A stretch of 64,000 nt of DNA from Candidatus Eiseniibacteriota bacterium (GTDB taxonomy: Bacteria; Eisenbacteria; RBG-16-71-46). Below, piece after piece: positions 38,853 to 50,100 of the stretch. The stretch spans positions 512,001 through 576,000 of the forward strand of contig CAVSAC010000014.1 of NCBI GenBank assembly GCA_963725865.1. The letters are read 5' to 3'. Under the pieces are notes generated by a model. The model did not search any database. It saw only the letters and a list, made by a program, of their open reading frames with translations, and was not told the DNA's origin. Both the position numbers and the translations under genes were made by a program. Position 1 is the stretch's first letter. Each line of letters opens with the position of its first letter.

Positions 38853-41800
38853 CGCAGCAGCACGATGCGTGCGAGACCGTGGAACGAGCCGCTCTCGAGG
38901 CGCGCGAAGTAGAGGCCGGGCGGCGTGCTCGCGCCCTGCTCGTCGCGTCCGTCCCACTGCGCCGCGCCGGCGGCGCCGCGGCCGACCGCGATCGTGCGCA
39001 CGACACGACCCGACAGGTCGTACACGCGCACCCGCTGGTCGAGCCCGAGCGCCTCGGGGGCGCCCTGCCAGTAGAGCGTGACCGGCGCCCGTGCGGGATT
39101 CGCCGCCGCCGCCAGCGCCACACCACCGCGAGCGGCGAGCGGCCCGGTGAGCGCGGTCACCACGTTCGAGAGCGGCGAGCGGTTGCCGCGGGCGTCCTCG
39201 GCGCGGAGCGCGAACCACCAGCGCTCGCCGACGGGGAAGCCCCCCAGCACGCGCGACTCGGCGGCGCCGGCGGCGGCACGTGGGTCGATCGACCAGGCTC
39301 GCTCGGCCGCGTCGAAGTTGCCGTCGTCGAGCGGCTCCCGCGCCGCGTGGACCAGGTAGCGCGCCGGGCGGCCGGTCGTGCCGTCGTCGCCGACTGCGGT
39401 CCAGCGGAGCGTCACCGAGGTGTCGTTGCCGGCCGCGACGTGCAGGTCGCGCACCGAGCCGGGCGGCGCGCCCGCGGTGGTGAACGAGACGTCGTTCGAG
39501 AGCGCGCTGGGGTTGCCGCGCGGATCGATCGAGCGCAGCGAAACGTGGTACGTCGTGTTCTCGTCGAGCCCGCTCACCGTGCACTGCTGGGGGGCGCCGG
39601 CGGTGTCCGGCGGCGGCGTTCCCACCATGCTGTCCGCGGAGGCGAACGTGCCCTCGTCGAGCGCGAAGCGCGACCAGCGCACCTGATAGCGCGCGGCGCG
39701 GCCGGTACCACCGCTGTCGCGCGGCGCGGTCCATGCGAGCGTCGCGCCGTGCGCTTCGATCGCGCCCGCCGCGAGGTCCACCACGGCCAGCGGCGCGGCG
39801 TCGTCGAACGGCGGGAAGGCCGGCGCGCCGGTGGTCGCGCCGGTGCGCGCGACGTTGCCGCGCGTGGTCGGCCAGCTGGCACGGTCGGGCCGCCAGGTGG
39901 TGGCCGCGAGGTCGAACACGATCAGGGTCGAATCGAGCCCCGAGCCGGCCAGCACCTCAGTGCGGCCGTCGCCGTCGACGTCGTCGAGCACCGGGAACGC
40001 AGCGGGCTGCCCGGGCTTGTCGAACTTCAGCGCGATGCCGGCCGGCGAGTAGATCGCGTAGAAGGGCTCGACGGTGGGCCCGGCCAGGCTGAGAAACAGA
40101 TCGACCGTGCCCCCCGCGGTCAGCGGTCCGATCAGCGGCTCGGACGAGTTGGTCCCCTGCAGATCGATCAGCGAGGTGCCGGGGAGCAGGTTGAGCGTGG
40201 CGTCCACCACGCGGACGTGGCTGCCCTCGGTGACCACCAGTTCGGGCACGCCGTCGCCATTCACGTCGCCCGCCGCCGGCGGCGAGGCGACCGGCGCGAC
40301 GAGGCTCCGCGAGGTCACCGGGCTGCCGTCGGCCGCCCACGTGCCCAGGTGGATGCCGGCGGCGATCACGACGCGCGGCGGGGCGCTGGGACCGAACCGC
40401 ACCACCAGCGGCGGCATCGGCCCGAGCCACGACTGGATCGGCCAGCCCGGGAGCACCGAGCCGTCGGCGCGGAGCGCGTAGACCGTGCCGCTCGCGAGGG
40501 TCGCGAGGATCTCCAGGCCCGGGCTTTCGTCGAGGTCGCTGAGCGCGATCCCGATCGAGTTGCCGGCCGCCCCCACCGGACGCGGGAAGCCGGGCAGGCG
40601 CGAACCATCGGCCCGCCAGGCGTACACGTTGCCGTCGCCACCGCCCCACACCACCTCGAGCCCGCCATCGCCATCGAGGTCGCCGACCGCGAGCTGGCCG
40701 CCGTTGCCCAGGGCCTGGCGCGTCGCGGCGACCGGCCAGCCGGAACGCGGCGCGAGGTGCTCGTCGTAGGAGGCGATGCGGCCGTCGGCGAGCGGGATGA
40801 ACAGCCCGTCGCCGCGACCGAATCCCAGGTCGGCCGCGGCGATCGCGCCGGCCGGCACTCCCGGGAGCGGGACGCCGGCGAGCGTGTCGCCCACCAGCGG
40901 GTCGACGACGACCAGCCGCGCGTCCTGGGTCGGGAACAGCAGCTTCACCGCTCCACGCTCGGTGCGAACGACCAGTGCCGCGGCCGCGCTGGTCGTGGGC
41001 ACGTGGACGCCGAACGAGGTGGGCGGCTCCGACAGCGCGCGCTGCAGGTTGAGGCGCCCATCGCCATAGAGCGGGATGGTGTTGACCGCCGAGATGTCGT
41101 CGCTGGTCTCGCGCAGTCGCATCTGGATCGTGTAGGGCGAGAGCGGCGGCAGCCCCTGCGCTTGCCGCTGGGTGATGAGCAGCGCCGCCGCCGCCGCGAC
41201 CTGCGGCGCCGCGAAGGAGGTGCCCGATGCGCCCGCGGTGTAGCCGGGCTGGCGCACGCCGACGCTGTCGGTGCCGGGCCGCTTCACGATCGCCGCGAAC
41301 AGGTTCACGCCCGGGGCGGCGAGGTCCACGTAGGACCCGCGGTTCGACCAGGACGGCGAGACGTCCGCTTCGTCGGTGGCGGCGACCGCGATGATCTCGG
41401 GGAAGTACCCGACGTACTGCGGGGAATTCAGGTTGCCGCCCGCCACCACGATGGTCACGCCGGCCCGGCGCGCCTCGTCCACCGCCAGCTCGAGGTCGTA
41501 CTGCGACACGGTGGCGAACGAGCAGTTGATCACCCGCGCCCCGTTGCGGGTCGCGTAGCGGATGGCCTGGGCCGCCGCGGCCATGTCGACCTCGCCGAGC
41601 GCCGCCCCGGGCGAGGTGGAGGCCCAGCCGACCCGCAGCGCCATCATCTGGGTGTGCCAGAGCACGCCGGTCAGCCCGATGCCGTTGTCGCCGATCGCGC
41701 CGACGACCGACGCGACCGCGGTGCCGTGGCCGGCGAAGTCGTTCGGGTCGTTGTCCTGGTCGCGCCAGTCCTCGCCCGCCAGCGCGTAGCTGGCCGACGG

Positions 41801-42535
41801 CAGGTGGATGAAGTCCCAGCCCCACAGGTCGTCGATGTATCCGTTGCCGTCGTCGTCGATGCCGGGAATGCCGTCGCGCTCGGCGGGGTTGATCCACAGG
41901 TTGCCCGCGCTCCCATCCGCGCCGCCGAGATCCGGGTGGTACGGGATGATGCCGGTGTCGAGGATCGCGATCGGCACGCCGGGGTCGCCGGTGGACAGGT
42001 TCCAGGCCTCGGGCGCGTGGATGTCGCGTCGCGACGCCTGCAGCAGGTTCCACTCCACGCCGAACAGCGAGTCGTTCGGCAGCGCGGTCACCGCACAGAT
42101 GGCGACCGGGGACACCTCCGCGACCTCCGGCAACGCCGCGAACGCGTCGAGCGCGCTCGTGAGCTCGGCGGCGGGCCCCAGCCGGACCAGCCAGCACGAC
42201 GAGAGATCGCGCGCGTCGTCGACCGGTGTCGGCTCGGCGGGGAACTCGGGCTCCAGGACGGCCCCGAGGCGCTGCGCGGTGGCGTCGAGCGCCACCAGCC
42301 CGATGTGGGTGCGGCCCCCGCGGGTGGCCGTGAGCGGCCGCGTGGCGCGCGCGGCGCCGGGTCGCAGGCGGACCAGGAGGCGATCGCCCAGGTACGCCGG
42401 CGCGGGCACGTCGAGGTGCGCGGCGTCGCGGATGGGCAGGTCGAGGCTGCGGGCGAAGGTCGCGGACGGTGTCAGGACCAGCGATAGCGCGAGCAGCGGG
42501 GCAGCGTAGGCGAGTCGGCCGGCGGATGCAGGCAT
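38849..42535 (-). CDS. Exported S8 (subtilisin) serine protease with FG-GAP repeats, FN3 domains and FlgD-Ig/T9SS-like C-terminal domain
   Basis: Triad AILDTG / GHGTAVAS / SGTSFAAP; DDDGNGYIDD; GDLDGDG repeats; LAWTAP FN3 units; VYDLSGRVV...WDGRD...GLYFARL. Confidence 0.92.
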   Translation of the reverse strand: MPASAGRLAYAAPLLALSLVLTPSATFARSLDLPIRDAAHLDVPAPAYLGDRLLVRLRPGAARATRPLTATRGGRTHIGLVALDATAQRLGAVLEPEFPAEPTPVDDARDLSSCWLVRLGPAAELTSALDAFAALPEVAEVSPVAICAVTALPNDSLFGVEWNLLQASRRDIHAPEAWNLSTGDPGVPIAILDTGIIPYHPDLGGADGSAGNLWINPAERDGIPGIDDDGNGYIDDLWGWDFIHLPSASYALAGEDWRDQDNDPNDFAGHGTAVASVVGAIGDNGIGLTGVLWHTQMMALRVGWASTSPGAALGEVDMAAAAQAIRYATRNGARVINCSFATVSQYDLELAVDEARRAGVTIVVAGGNLNSPQYVGYFPEIIAVAATDEADVSPSWSNRGSYVDLAAPGVNLFAAIVKRPGTDSVGVRQPGYTAGASGTSFAAPQVAAAAALLITQRQAQGLPPLSPYTIQMRLRETSDDISAVNTIPLYGDGRLNLQRALSEPPTSFGVHVPTTSAAAALVVRTERGAVKLLFPTQDARLVVVDPLVGDTLAGVPLPGVPAGAIAAADLGFGRGDGLFIPLADGRIASYDEHLAPRSGWPVAATRQALGNGGQLAVGDLDGDGGLEVVWGGGDGNVYAWRADGSRLPGFPRPVGAAGNSIGIALSDLDESPGLEILATLASGTVYALRADGSVLPGWPIQSWLGPMPPLVVRFGPSAPPRVVIAAGIHLGTWAADGSPVTSRSLVAPVASPPAAGDVNGDGVPELVVTEGSHVRVVDATLNLLPGTSLIDLQGTNSSEPLIGPLTAGGTVDLFLSLAGPTVEPFYAIYSPAGIALKFDKPGQPAAFPVLDDVDGDGRTEVLAGSGLDSTLIVFDLAATTWRPDRASWPTTRGNVARTGATTGAPAFPPFDDAAPLAVVDLAAGAIEAHGATLAWTAPRDSGGTGRAARYQVRWSRFALDEGTFASADSMVGTPPPDTAGAPQQCTVSGLDENTTYHVSLRSIDPRGNPSALSNDVSFTTAGAPPGSVRDLHVAAGNDTSVTLRWTAVGDDGTTGRPARYLVHAAREPLDDGNFDAAERAWSIDPRAAAGAAESRVLGGFPVGERWWFALRAEDARGNRSPLSNVVTALTGPLAARGGVALAAAANPARAPVTLYWQGAPEALGLDQRVRVYDLSGRVVRTIAVGRGAAGAAQWDGRDEQGASTPPGLYFARLESGSFHGLARIVLLR

Positions 42536-42715
42536 GGGTGCCACACGATTCCTGATGGGTGAGCCCCGGTCGCTCGCAACCCGAGCAGCGTAGCGGCGGG
42601 ATTCGACGGGGGTCAAGGACTCGTCACGGATGGCGGACAGGGAATGAACCCCCACCCGCGCCCCGTGGTTCCCCGCGCCCACGCCGAGGCGCGGCGCCGC
42701 GAAGGGCTCCGCGCG

Positions 42716-42745
42716 TTGACACCCTGCGAGAGCGCCTCTTACACT
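42716..42745 (+). promoter_or_regulatory. Sigma70 promoter of the secDF operon
   Basis: TTGACA-N18-TACACT. Confidence 0.6.
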
Positions 42746-42832
42746 CCATCGCCTTGCCGCTCGTAGACGCCGTGTCGGCTCAGGGTCCAAACCCCTGCAG
42801 CTCACCCGGTCGTGACTGTCATGGGGGGACCG

Positions 42833-44413
42833 ATGACCCGCGCCGACCAGTGGAAACTGGGACTGGTGGTACTCGCGACGGCGATCTCCGTCTGGTACCT
42901 GATCCCGTCCTACCGCTTCTTCACGATGACCCCGCAGCAGCACGCGGCGATGCCCGCCGAGAAGCTCGCGGATCTGCGCAAGCGCTCGCTGCATCTGGGG
43001 CTCGACCTGCAGGGCGGCATGCACCTGGTGCTCGAGGTCGACCGCTCGCGACTGAACGCGGCCGAGGCCAAGGACGCCCCCGAGCGCGCGATGGAGATCA
43101 TCCGCAACCGCGTCGACCAGTTCGGCGTCGCCGAACCGCTCATCCAGCAGGAGGGCGAGGACCGCATCGTGGTCCAGTTGCCGGGCCTCACCGACGCCGC
43201 GCGCGCCAAGGACCTGATCGGCAAGACCGCGCTGCTCGAGTTCAAGCTGGTCCGCACGCCCGAGGAGGCGAACAACCTCTTCACCCGCCTCGACGGCTAC
43301 CTCGCCGCGCGCCTGCCACAGTCCGCGGGTGACAGCATTTCGGCCGCCGAGCCGCTGACGCGGCACATGCTCGATCGCACGAGCGCCTTCGTGGTGCAGG
43401 AGGACGTGCCGGCGGTGCAGCGGCTGCTCGCGACGCCGGGCCTCGACTCGATCATCCCGTCCGACACCGAGCTGCTGTGGGGCGACACCGGCGAGTCGAT
43501 GGACGACCGCACCGGCCGCCGCCTGTACGTGGTCAAGCGCCAGCCCGAGATGACGGGCGCGATGGTGGCCAGCGCCAGTCCCCAGCTCGGCCTGAAGTCC
43601 ACCGACCCGGGCGCGTGGGGCGTCAGCATGAAGCTGACGACGCAGGGGCGAATCGATTTCGCACGCACGACCGGGAACAACGTCGGTCGCCAGCTCGCGA
43701 TCGTGCTCGACGGCGTCGTGTCCTCGGCGCCGAACATCCAGGAGCGGATCCCGAACGGCAACGCCTCCATCACCGGCAGCTTCAACGCCGAGACCTCCAA
43801 GGACCTGGCGATCGTGCTCCGTGCTGGCGCGCTACCCGCGCCCGTGAGCGTGATCGAGGAACGCACGGTCGGGCCGTCGCTCGGCAGCGACTCGATCCAG
43901 CAGGGACTCACCGCGGGCCTGATCGGCGCGGTGATGGTCGTGGTGTTCATGGCCGTCTACTACCAGCTCTCCGGACTGATCGCGATCTCCGCCCTCGTGC
44001 TCAACATCCTGTACCTGATCGGCGCGATGGTCTTCATTCCGATGTGGCTGGGCGGAGTGCCCGCCACGCTGACGCTGCCGGGCATCGCCGGGATCGTGTT
44101 GACCATCGGCATGGCGGTGGACGCGAACGTGCTGATCTTCGAACGCATCCGCGAGGAGTTGCGCAATCAGAAGTCGGTGCGCGAATCCGTGCGACTCGGC
44201 TACGACCGGGCGTTCCGGACCATCCTCGACGCCAACGTCACCACGCTCATCAGCGCCCTGTTCCTGTTCCAGTTCGGCACCGGACCGATCAAGGGATTCG
44301 CGGTCACGCTCAGCATCGGACTGATCGCAAACATGTTCACCGCGGTGCTGTTCACCCGGATGATCTACGACTTCTGGCTCGACCGTGCGAAGCCCGAGCG
44401 GCTGAGCATCTGA
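42833..44413 (+). CDS. secD: Protein translocase subunit SecD
   Basis: LGLDLQGG, RVDQFGVAEP, LAIVLDG, LRAGALPAP, VGPSLG, TLTLPGIAG, GMAVDANVLIFERIREE, GTGPIKGFA. Confidence 0.97.
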   Translation: MTRADQWKLGLVVLATAISVWYLIPSYRFFTMTPQQHAAMPAEKLADLRKRSLHLGLDLQGGMHLVLEVDRSRLNAAEAKDAPERAMEIIRNRVDQFGVAEPLIQQEGEDRIVVQLPGLTDAARAKDLIGKTALLEFKLVRTPEEANNLFTRLDGYLAARLPQSAGDSISAAEPLTRHMLDRTSAFVVQEDVPAVQRLLATPGLDSIIPSDTELLWGDTGESMDDRTGRRLYVVKRQPEMTGAMVASASPQLGLKSTDPGAWGVSMKLTTQGRIDFARTTGNNVGRQLAIVLDGVVSSAPNIQERIPNGNASITGSFNAETSKDLAIVLRAGALPAPVSVIEERTVGPSLGSDSIQQGLTAGLIGAVMVVVFMAVYYQLSGLIAISALVLNILYLIGAMVFIPMWLGGVPATLTLPGIAGIVLTIGMAVDANVLIFERIREELRNQKSVRESVRLGYDRAFRTILDANVTTLISALFLFQFGTGPIKGFAVTLSIGLIANMFTAVLFTRMIYDFWLDRAKPERLSI

Positions 44414-44427
44414 GAGAGGGCGACCCC

Positions 44428-45348
44428 ATGCTGCAGTTGCTGATCGGCACGAACCTCCCGTTCATGAAGTACCGGCGCTGGACGTACCTGTTCTCCAGCG
44501 CGATCATCCTGGCGACGATCACCTGGCTGGTCGTCCACGGCGGGCCGCGATACAGCGTCGATTTCACCGGCGGGACGCTGCTCCAGATCCGCCTGTCGCA
44601 GCCGCTGCACGCGGATCAGGTCCGCAGCGCGCTCGAGAGCGGCGGCTTCAGCGGCGTCGAGCTCCAGCAGATCACCGGCGCCGCCGGCAACGAGTACCTG
44701 GTCCGCTTCAAGCCCCGCGGGGGGAAGGAGGACCTCTTCGCCGGGGTCCAGCAGGCCCTCCAGCGCCGCCACGCGGGAGTCACCGCCGAGCTCCGGCGCA
44801 CCGAGCAAGTCGGCCCCAAGGTCGGCAGCGAGCTGCGCCAGAAGGCGCTCTGGGCGGTGCTCGGGAGCCTGGGTGGGATTCTGCTTTACGTGGGCATCCG
44901 GTATGAGTTCAAATTCGCCTTCGGCGCGGTGGCCGCTCTGTTCCACGACGTCTTCGTCGTGCTGGGATTCCTCTGCTTCTCCGGGCGGGAGGTCTCCCTG
45001 ACGGTGGTCGCCGCCCTGCTCACCATCGCCGGCTATTCGATCAACGACACGATCGTGGTGTTCGACCGCATCCGGGAGCGCTCCAAGGCGCTGCGCAAGG
45101 AGAAACACTCGCGCGTCATGGACATCGCGGTCAACGAGACTTTGTCGCGCACCGTCATCACGGCGTTCACGGTGTTCCTCACCGCCCTCGCGTTGTTCAT
45201 CTGGGGCGGCGAGGTGTTGAACGACTTCTCGTTCGCGATGCTGGTGGGCACGGTTTTCGGGACGTACTCGTCCGTCTACGTGGCGAGCGCGCTCGCGCTC
45301 GACATCTGGATCTGGCTGGATCGCCGCAAGGGCATCCAGGCCGAATAG
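44428..45348 (+). CDS. secF: Protein translocase subunit SecF
   Basis: VDFTGGT, VGPKVGSEL, ALFHD, GYSINDTIVVFDRIRE, ETLSRT, GTYSS. Confidence 0.96.
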   Translation: MLQLLIGTNLPFMKYRRWTYLFSSAIILATITWLVVHGGPRYSVDFTGGTLLQIRLSQPLHADQVRSALESGGFSGVELQQITGAAGNEYLVRFKPRGGKEDLFAGVQQALQRRHAGVTAELRRTEQVGPKVGSELRQKALWAVLGSLGGILLYVGIRYEFKFAFGAVAALFHDVFVVLGFLCFSGREVSLTVVAALLTIAGYSINDTIVVFDRIRERSKALRKEKHSRVMDIAVNETLSRTVITAFTVFLTALALFIWGGEVLNDFSFAMLVGTVFGTYSSVYVASALALDIWIWLDRRKGIQAE

Positions 45349-45366
45349 AGGAACGGAAAGGCCATC

Positions 45367-46410
45367 ATGAACGTCTCCGCACGCTCGCCGCGCGTCGCCC
45401 GGGTCGCTCTCTGCGGCGCCTGCCTGCTCGGCGCGCTGTCGCTCGTCAGCGGCTGCTCGAAGAAGCTCACCACCGCGGACGCCTCCTACACGATGCCCGA
45501 GGGGGTGCCCGCCAGCAACGCCCGGTTGATCGTCTATCCCGACCTGCCGATCACGATCGGGATCTGGAAGGACAAGACCGAGCACGTCGGCGAGTCCGAC
45601 CTCCTCGGCACCTGGAATCCGAAGGGTCCCCAGTTCCCGGACGGAGACTCGCTGGTCTCAGAGCGGACGCTCTACACGTCGGGCGCCGGCGCGATCCACG
45701 GCGTGATCATCGATGGCTCGGCCGCGGATGGCTTCGAGGTGCTGCGCCGCGAGTCGGGCGGCGGGCTGCGGGCCCTTCAGGGCTTCGTCCTCCAGCCCCT
45801 GCGCCGCTGGCTCGAGACCGGCGAGGAGCTGTACCAGTTCACCGACCTCACGCCCTCGGGCTACCAGCCCGCGAGCTACTTCGGGCGCGGACTGCTGCAG
45901 AACGCCGTCCGCAAGGAGTCCCCGGTGACGAACGAGGCGCGGCTCGCCTCCGCCACGGTCGGGGCGATCACGATCCGCAGCGCCGCGATCCAGACCGACT
46001 CGCTGTTCACGGTCAAGTGGGACCCGGTGCCGGGAGCCGTCGCGTACTGGATCCACATCTTCGAGTTCCAGCCCACCGTGACCGACGTGGAGCGCCGGTT
46101 GGCGGCCGCCCCGGCGCCGATCGTGACGGCGCCGACCCGCGATTTCCTCGTTGCGCTGCTGCCGGGCTCCGCCACCCAGTACCGCATCGGCGAGGGCGCC
46201 ACCCGGGTGATGATCTACCAGAAGCTGGCGTTCCGGTTCGGTCGCGCGTACCAGGTCCGCATCGCGGCGATCGACAGCGACAATCGGCTGCTGGCGATGA
46301 CCCTCGGCGACAGTCGCCAGGAGGTCATCGTGCTGGGCACGGTGGGCGAGGCGGGCAACATCACGGTGTCGCCGCGCGGCGCCACGATCGTCAACACGCT
46401 GGCCCAATGA
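45367..46410 (+). CDS. Hypothetical lipoprotein
   Basis: Lipobox LVSG|C; beta-rich sequence with an FN3-like VKWDPVPGAVAY segment. Confidence 0.75.
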   Translation: MNVSARSPRVARVALCGACLLGALSLVSGCSKKLTTADASYTMPEGVPASNARLIVYPDLPITIGIWKDKTEHVGESDLLGTWNPKGPQFPDGDSLVSERTLYTSGAGAIHGVIIDGSAADGFEVLRRESGGGLRALQGFVLQPLRRWLETGEELYQFTDLTPSGYQPASYFGRGLLQNAVRKESPVTNEARLASATVGAITIRSAAIQTDSLFTVKWDPVPGAVAYWIHIFEFQPTVTDVERRLAAAPAPIVTAPTRDFLVALLPGSATQYRIGEGATRVMIYQKLAFRFGRAYQVRIAAIDSDNRLLAMTLGDSRQEVIVLGTVGEAGNITVSPRGATIVNTLAQ

Positions 46411-46456
46411 ACCGCCCTCCTCGCTGGGGACGGCGCGCCCTCCGGGGCCCCGGCGC

Positions 46457-47164
46457 ATGACGCTTCGACGCCCCCTGCTGTCGCTCGCGGCCGCCCTGGT
46501 GGCGGCCGCGCTGCTTTCCGCCCCCCGGGCGCACGCGGCGGGGCCGGACGCCGCGCCGCCGGGCGCGCGCGCGTTCGGCATCGCACGGCTGAAGTACGGA
46601 GGGGGTGGGGACTGGTACGAGGACCGCACCTCGCTCGTCAACCTGCTGCGCGCCGTGCGCGAGCGCACCTCGATCCCGGTCAGTGCCGAGCGCGAGGCGA
46701 TCGTGGAGCCAGGGGCGGCGGCCTTGTTCCAGTACCCCTGCGTGTTCGCCTGCGGTCATGGAAACATCAAGTTCACGCCCGCCGAGGTCGAGAACCTGCG
46801 CCGGTACCTGGACGCGGGCGGCTTCCTGTGGGTGGACGACGATTTCGGCATCGAGCCCAGCCTGCGCCGGGAGATGAAGAAGGTGTTCCCGGACGCCGCC
46901 TTCGTGGAGCTGCCGTTCTCCCATCCGCTGTTCCACGGCCTGTACGACATGCCCGGCGGACTGCCCAAGATCCACGAGCACGACGGCGGCCCGGCCAAGG
47001 CTTTCGGCATCATCCGCGACGGGAGGCTGGTGGTATTGTTCTCCTACGATTGCGACCTCGGGGACGGTCTGGAGGACGAGGAGGTCCATCACGACCCGCC
47101 CGAGAAGCGGGACGCCGCGCTCCGAATGGCCCTGAACATCGTGTGGTTCGCACTCAACCAGTAG
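46457..47164 (+). CDS. DUF4159 domain exported protein
   Basis: IARLKYGGGGDWY, GHGNI, LRRYLDAGGFLWVDD, ELPFSHPLF, GLPKIHEHDG, DLGDG.E. Confidence 0.88.
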   Translation: MTLRRPLLSLAAALVAAALLSAPRAHAAGPDAAPPGARAFGIARLKYGGGGDWYEDRTSLVNLLRAVRERTSIPVSAEREAIVEPGAAALFQYPCVFACGHGNIKFTPAEVENLRRYLDAGGFLWVDDDFGIEPSLRREMKKVFPDAAFVELPFSHPLFHGLYDMPGGLPKIHEHDGGPAKAFGIIRDGRLVVLFSYDCDLGDGLEDEEVHHDPPEKRDAALRMALNIVWFALNQ

Positions 47165-47199
47165 CCCTTCGACCGGCCGGGCCGCTCCACAGGATCTCC

Positions 47200-50100
47200 G
47201 TGCCCCGACTGCCCATCCATCAGCAGCTCGAACGCTCCCACGGCGCGGTGCGCCGCGCCCTCGTGCTGCGCCATGCGCTGCGCGCGGCCGCGGCGCTGTC
47301 CGCGCTGATCGCGCTCGCGGTGCTGGTCGACATCCCGTTCGACGCCGGTACCGGGTGGGCCTGGACGCGCAGCCTGCTGGCGGTGCTGGCGGGAGCGGTC
47401 GCGCTCGGCGGCGTGCTCGCGCGCTGGCGCGCCGAGACGCCGCGCTTCGACGCGTGGCTCGAGTACGTCGAAGCGCGCTTCCCGGAGGTGCGCTCGTGGC
47501 TGCGCAACGCGCTCGACCTCGAGCGCACGCCGCCGGAGCACACCTCGGTCACGCTCGCCACCGCGCTGCGCGAAGAGACGGCGCGGCGCCTCGCGCACGT
47601 TCCACTCGCGAGCCTCACGCCCACGATCGCCGCGCGCGCGCCCGCGCTCGCGACCGGCGCGGCGCTGCTCGCGCTGCTGCTGGTGGCGCTGGCCGCCCCG
47701 CAGCGCGTGGAGCGCTCGTGGTCCACGCTGTGGGATCCCGCCGCCGCGGCTCCGCCGGTGCGGCTGGTGGTCGAGCCCGGCTCGGTGCGCGTCTCGCCGG
47801 GCGCGGCCCTCGCCGTGCGCGCGCGCGTGTGGGGCAGCGGCGCCCCGCCGCGCATCGAGCGCGACGGCGGTCCCGCGGTCGCGGCGGTGGCCGAGGGCGC
47901 CGATGCCGGCGGCGCCCGAGTGTGGCGCTTCGACCTCGCGATGATCACCCGCGCCGAGCTCTACCGCGTGCGCGCCGCCCACGCCGTCAGCCCGCGCTAC
48001 CGGATCGCGCTCGCCGGCGAGCCGGCGCCGGTGTCGTTCGAGATCGCGTACCAGGCGCCCGCCTACGCGCGGCTGCCCCTGCAGCGCGGCACCACGACCC
48101 GCGGCGATCTCGAGGCCCTGCGCGGCACCCTCGCCACCATCACCGCCACGTTCGACCGCGATCTCGAGGCACTCGCGGCGACCGATCCCGCGGGCACCCG
48201 CCGGACGTGGACCGCGGTCACCCCGCGGCGCTGGCGCGGCTCGCTGGCGATCACGCGCGCCGGCACCTGGGCGCTGCAGGCGACCGCGAGCGCCGGCGCG
48301 GCCACGTTCCGCTACCGCGTCACCCCGCTCGAGGACGCCGCGCCGGTGCTGAGCGTGGTGGTCCCGACCGGCGACGTCGACCTGCCCGAGGGCCAGCAGG
48401 TGCCGCTCGAGGTGGTGGGCCAGGACGACCTGGGGCTCACGGAGCTGGCGCTCCAGGTCCGCAGGGACGCCGCCGAGCCGTGGCGCACGCTGCCGCTGCA
48501 GCGCTTCGCGCAGCGCCCGCGCGAGGCGCGCGTGCGCACGGCGTGGGACGCCGCCACGCTGGGGCTCCTGCCGGGACAGAGCGCCACCTTCCGCTTCGTG
48601 CTGTGGGACGACGACGCGGTGAGCGGGCGCAAGGCCGCCACCAGTCCCTCGTTCGCGCTGCGCTTCCCCTCGCTCGCCGAGCTCTACGACCGGCTCGACG
48701 AGCGCCAGGGCGGCGTGCAGGCCAGCCTCGAGCGCGTCGCCGACCAGTCGCGCGACCTGCAGAAGACGCTCGAGCACATGGCCCGCCAGACGCCGCAGGC
48801 GCGCGCGACGCCGCAGAGCGGGTCGAGCTACGAGCGCCGCGAGGAGATGAAGAGCGCGCTCGAGCGCCAGCAGGAGATCGCGCAGCGCGTCACCGACGCG
48901 GTCGGCCAGCTCCAGAAGGGCCTCGAGGAGGCCGCCGAGCGGCGGGCGTTCGACGACGAGCTGATGCGCAAGCTGCACGAGCTGAACGCGCTCATGCAGC
49001 AGATCCAGAGCCCCGAGTTCAAGGACGCGCTGCAGCGCATCCAGAAGGCGCTCGAGCGCATGGACGCGCGCGTGCCGGATCAGGACGTGAAGCGCTGGCG
49101 CGACGCCAGCAAGGAGATGCTCGAGAACCTCGAGCGCAGCCTCGCGCTCCTCAAGCAGCTGCGCGCCGAGGAGCAGCTCGCCTCGCTGGCCCGGCGCGCC
49201 GAGGAGCTGGCGAAGCGCCAGGACGCGCTCAACGAGCAGCACGACGCCGCACCGCCGCGTGCCGCCGAGGAGCGCGAGCAGCGCTCGGAGTCGCTCGCGA
49301 AGCAGCAGCAGGAGGCCGCCGACCGCGCGCGCGAGCTGGCGCAGCAGGCGCGCGAGGTGGCGAAGGACATGCAGCAGCCCGCCGAGCAGCAGGACCTGCA
49401 GCAGGCGGCCGAGGAGCTCCAGAACGAGGCCGCGCCGCAGCAGGACCAGGCCGCCGAGTCGCAGCGCCAGCAGCAGCGCCAGCAGGCGCGCAGCGCCGGG
49501 GAGCGCGCCAGCCACAGCCTGCAGAAGGCGGCGCAGCAGCTCGGCCAGATGTCCGCGCAGGCGAGCCAGCGCCGCAACGGCGCCGACCTGGCGGCGGTGC
49601 GACGCGCGGCTCAGGACCTGGTCTCGCTGCAGCGCTCCACCCAGGACAACCTCGACACGCACGGCGAACCGAAGTCGCGGGCCGACCGCCAGACCGACCT
49701 TTCGGAGGGCGTCTCGCGCGTGGCGGACTCGCTGTACACGCTCGGACAGCGCTCGCCGTTCATCACCCAGCAGCTCGGGACCCAGCTCGGCCGCGCGATG
49801 CAGAGCCTCGCGCAGTCGGGCCGTGATCTGGCGCGGGGCGACCGCGCGCGCGGCGAGCAGGTGGGACGCGAGGGCAGCGAGGCGCTCAACGAGGCGGTGC
49901 GCGAGCTGCGCCTGTCCGAATCCAGCATGTGCCAGAACCCGGGCTCGGGGCAGTCCGGCAGCCAGGGCCTGCCGCAGGCGATGGGCGAGCTCGGCGAACA
50001 GCAGAGCCAGCTCAACAGCGAGAGTCGCGCGCTCGCCCAGCGCCTGTCGCAGCAGATGCGCCTGTCGGCCGGCGACCAGTCGGAGCTGCGCCGGCTCGCC

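Noticed and set aside
33575..42487. Very long alternative-frame and antisense ORFs (e.g. 33575..37579 +, 38750..42487 +, 47089..50595 -, 27685..30567 +, 22885..25866 +)
   Set aside because: Arg/Ala/Gly/Pro-rich shadows of real genes. Stop codons are rare off-frame at this GC content, and no motifs are recognisable.
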